A stretch of 63,203 bases of DNA, filler included, from Octopus bimaculoides (Eukaryota), in NCBI RefSeq assembly GCF_001194135.2. It is 3 parts of 2 records of this genome, joined end to end, with 100 filler letters (N's around TTAATTAATTAA, not from the genome) between each part and the next. Parts side by side here need not be neighbours in the genome. Positions count along the whole stretch, not along the records: positions 54,794 to 63,203 come from NC_068992.1; 2 more parts are not named here. The stretch is one strand, 5' to 3'. Shown one piece after another: positions 62,356 to 63,203 of this stretch. A program made the translations under genes and the position numbers. The notes under the pieces are model-generated. The model worked only from the letters and a program-made list of their open reading frames with translations, was not told the DNA's origin and did no database searches. How positions within the stretch are numbered: the first letter of the stretch is position 1; each line of letters opens with the position of its first letter.

Positions 62356-63203
62356 TTAATCTTACTCAGCAAATTCCTTGATATTTTTTTCAATTCAATA
62401 AATGTAATCTTTAAATATTTAGGTCTTACGCAAGAATTGGAAATTCCTCGTTTCTAAATATTCTTTTCTCTGTTTTGATCTCTTTATAATAACCTTGTTT
62501 CATTATGTTAAAGCTATCGATTGTATTTTTCATTTCGTTCTTTAGTTAAGCGTAACACTCGAACGCATATCGTAACAGAATAATATTATAAATTCTTTTA
62601 GAATTACACGGGTGAACGAGCAGAAGGTTTTATAAGTTGGAGAAGAAACGAAAATACATTTTTAGTGATAATAACTTGTATAAAAGAGACGAAGATATAG
62701 CAATGAGGAAATGTAAAATAGGTAGATGTGATGGATCAAGAATTATATAGACATTCTTATCCCAAGAATTCTGAGGTAATGATGCATAAAATTCCGATTC
62801 CTAACGTCAATAAATGAAATGAAGCGTAGAACTATCAAAGAAACATCTTTACAATGGAAGCACTCTGCTTTGCCAGAGTGAGTCTTAGATTTTGCAGAAA
62901 GATTTCGGGGTGCATCGATCAAGCACAACCAAAATTATAGCATAATTATTTCTCGATTATTCCAACAAAGAAATAATGCCTGCAGGTACAACTGCCGTAC
63001 AAGATTACAGTAATCACTCAACGGTGGAATTTTCTAAACGTTCTCCATTGTAAAAGACGAAAAGCAATTAAATTAAGATTTTATTGTTAAACGGAGAAAT
63101 AAGTTCGGGAATTTTATGATCAAGATAACATGATAGTACTTCCTCTCTCTCTCTCTCACTATTACATACACGTGTGTGTGCGCATTTACATATATATATA
63201 TAT

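Noticed and set aside
62017-62457. 146-aa ORF as a host gene or SETMAR-like gene
   Set aside because: It is a chimera of a (GT)n tract and a frameshifted mariner C-terminus, with no SET domain.

Overview
AT-rich, microsatellite-dense eukaryotic sequence with many N gaps. The repeat content (tRNA-headed SINE families, R4/Dong, RTE and CR1-like LINEs, Tc1/mariner relics) looks like a coleoid cephalopod, probably Octopus; this is inferred from pattern recognition, not from a search. Two 100-bp pads (44 N + TTAATTAATTAA + 44 N) show that the window is three joined scaffold pieces: 1-23033, 23134-54693 and 54794-63203. No complete host gene can be assembled, and nearly all listed ORFs are microsatellite or gap artefacts or transposon relics. 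Main observations: (1) Five minimal type I hammerhead-ribozyme-like motifs of the Penelope type occur in four apparently unrelated repeat contexts. One has an intact catalytic core (51982-52029) and lies in a ~110-bp inverted-repeat pair, and another forms the 3' part of a tRNA-headed SINE (30661-30950). (2) Several candidate minus-strand terminal exons sit behind strong acceptors. Two encode Ser/Thr-rich stretches with hydrophobic C-termini, and the one at 61351-61040 has an in-frame TAG that A-to-I editing could recode. (3) An (AAT)n nest of retroelements, with R4/Dong fragments abutting (TAA)n tracts at three separate sites. (4) A perfect RFX X-box in a small motif cluster. All translations and alignments were done by eye.
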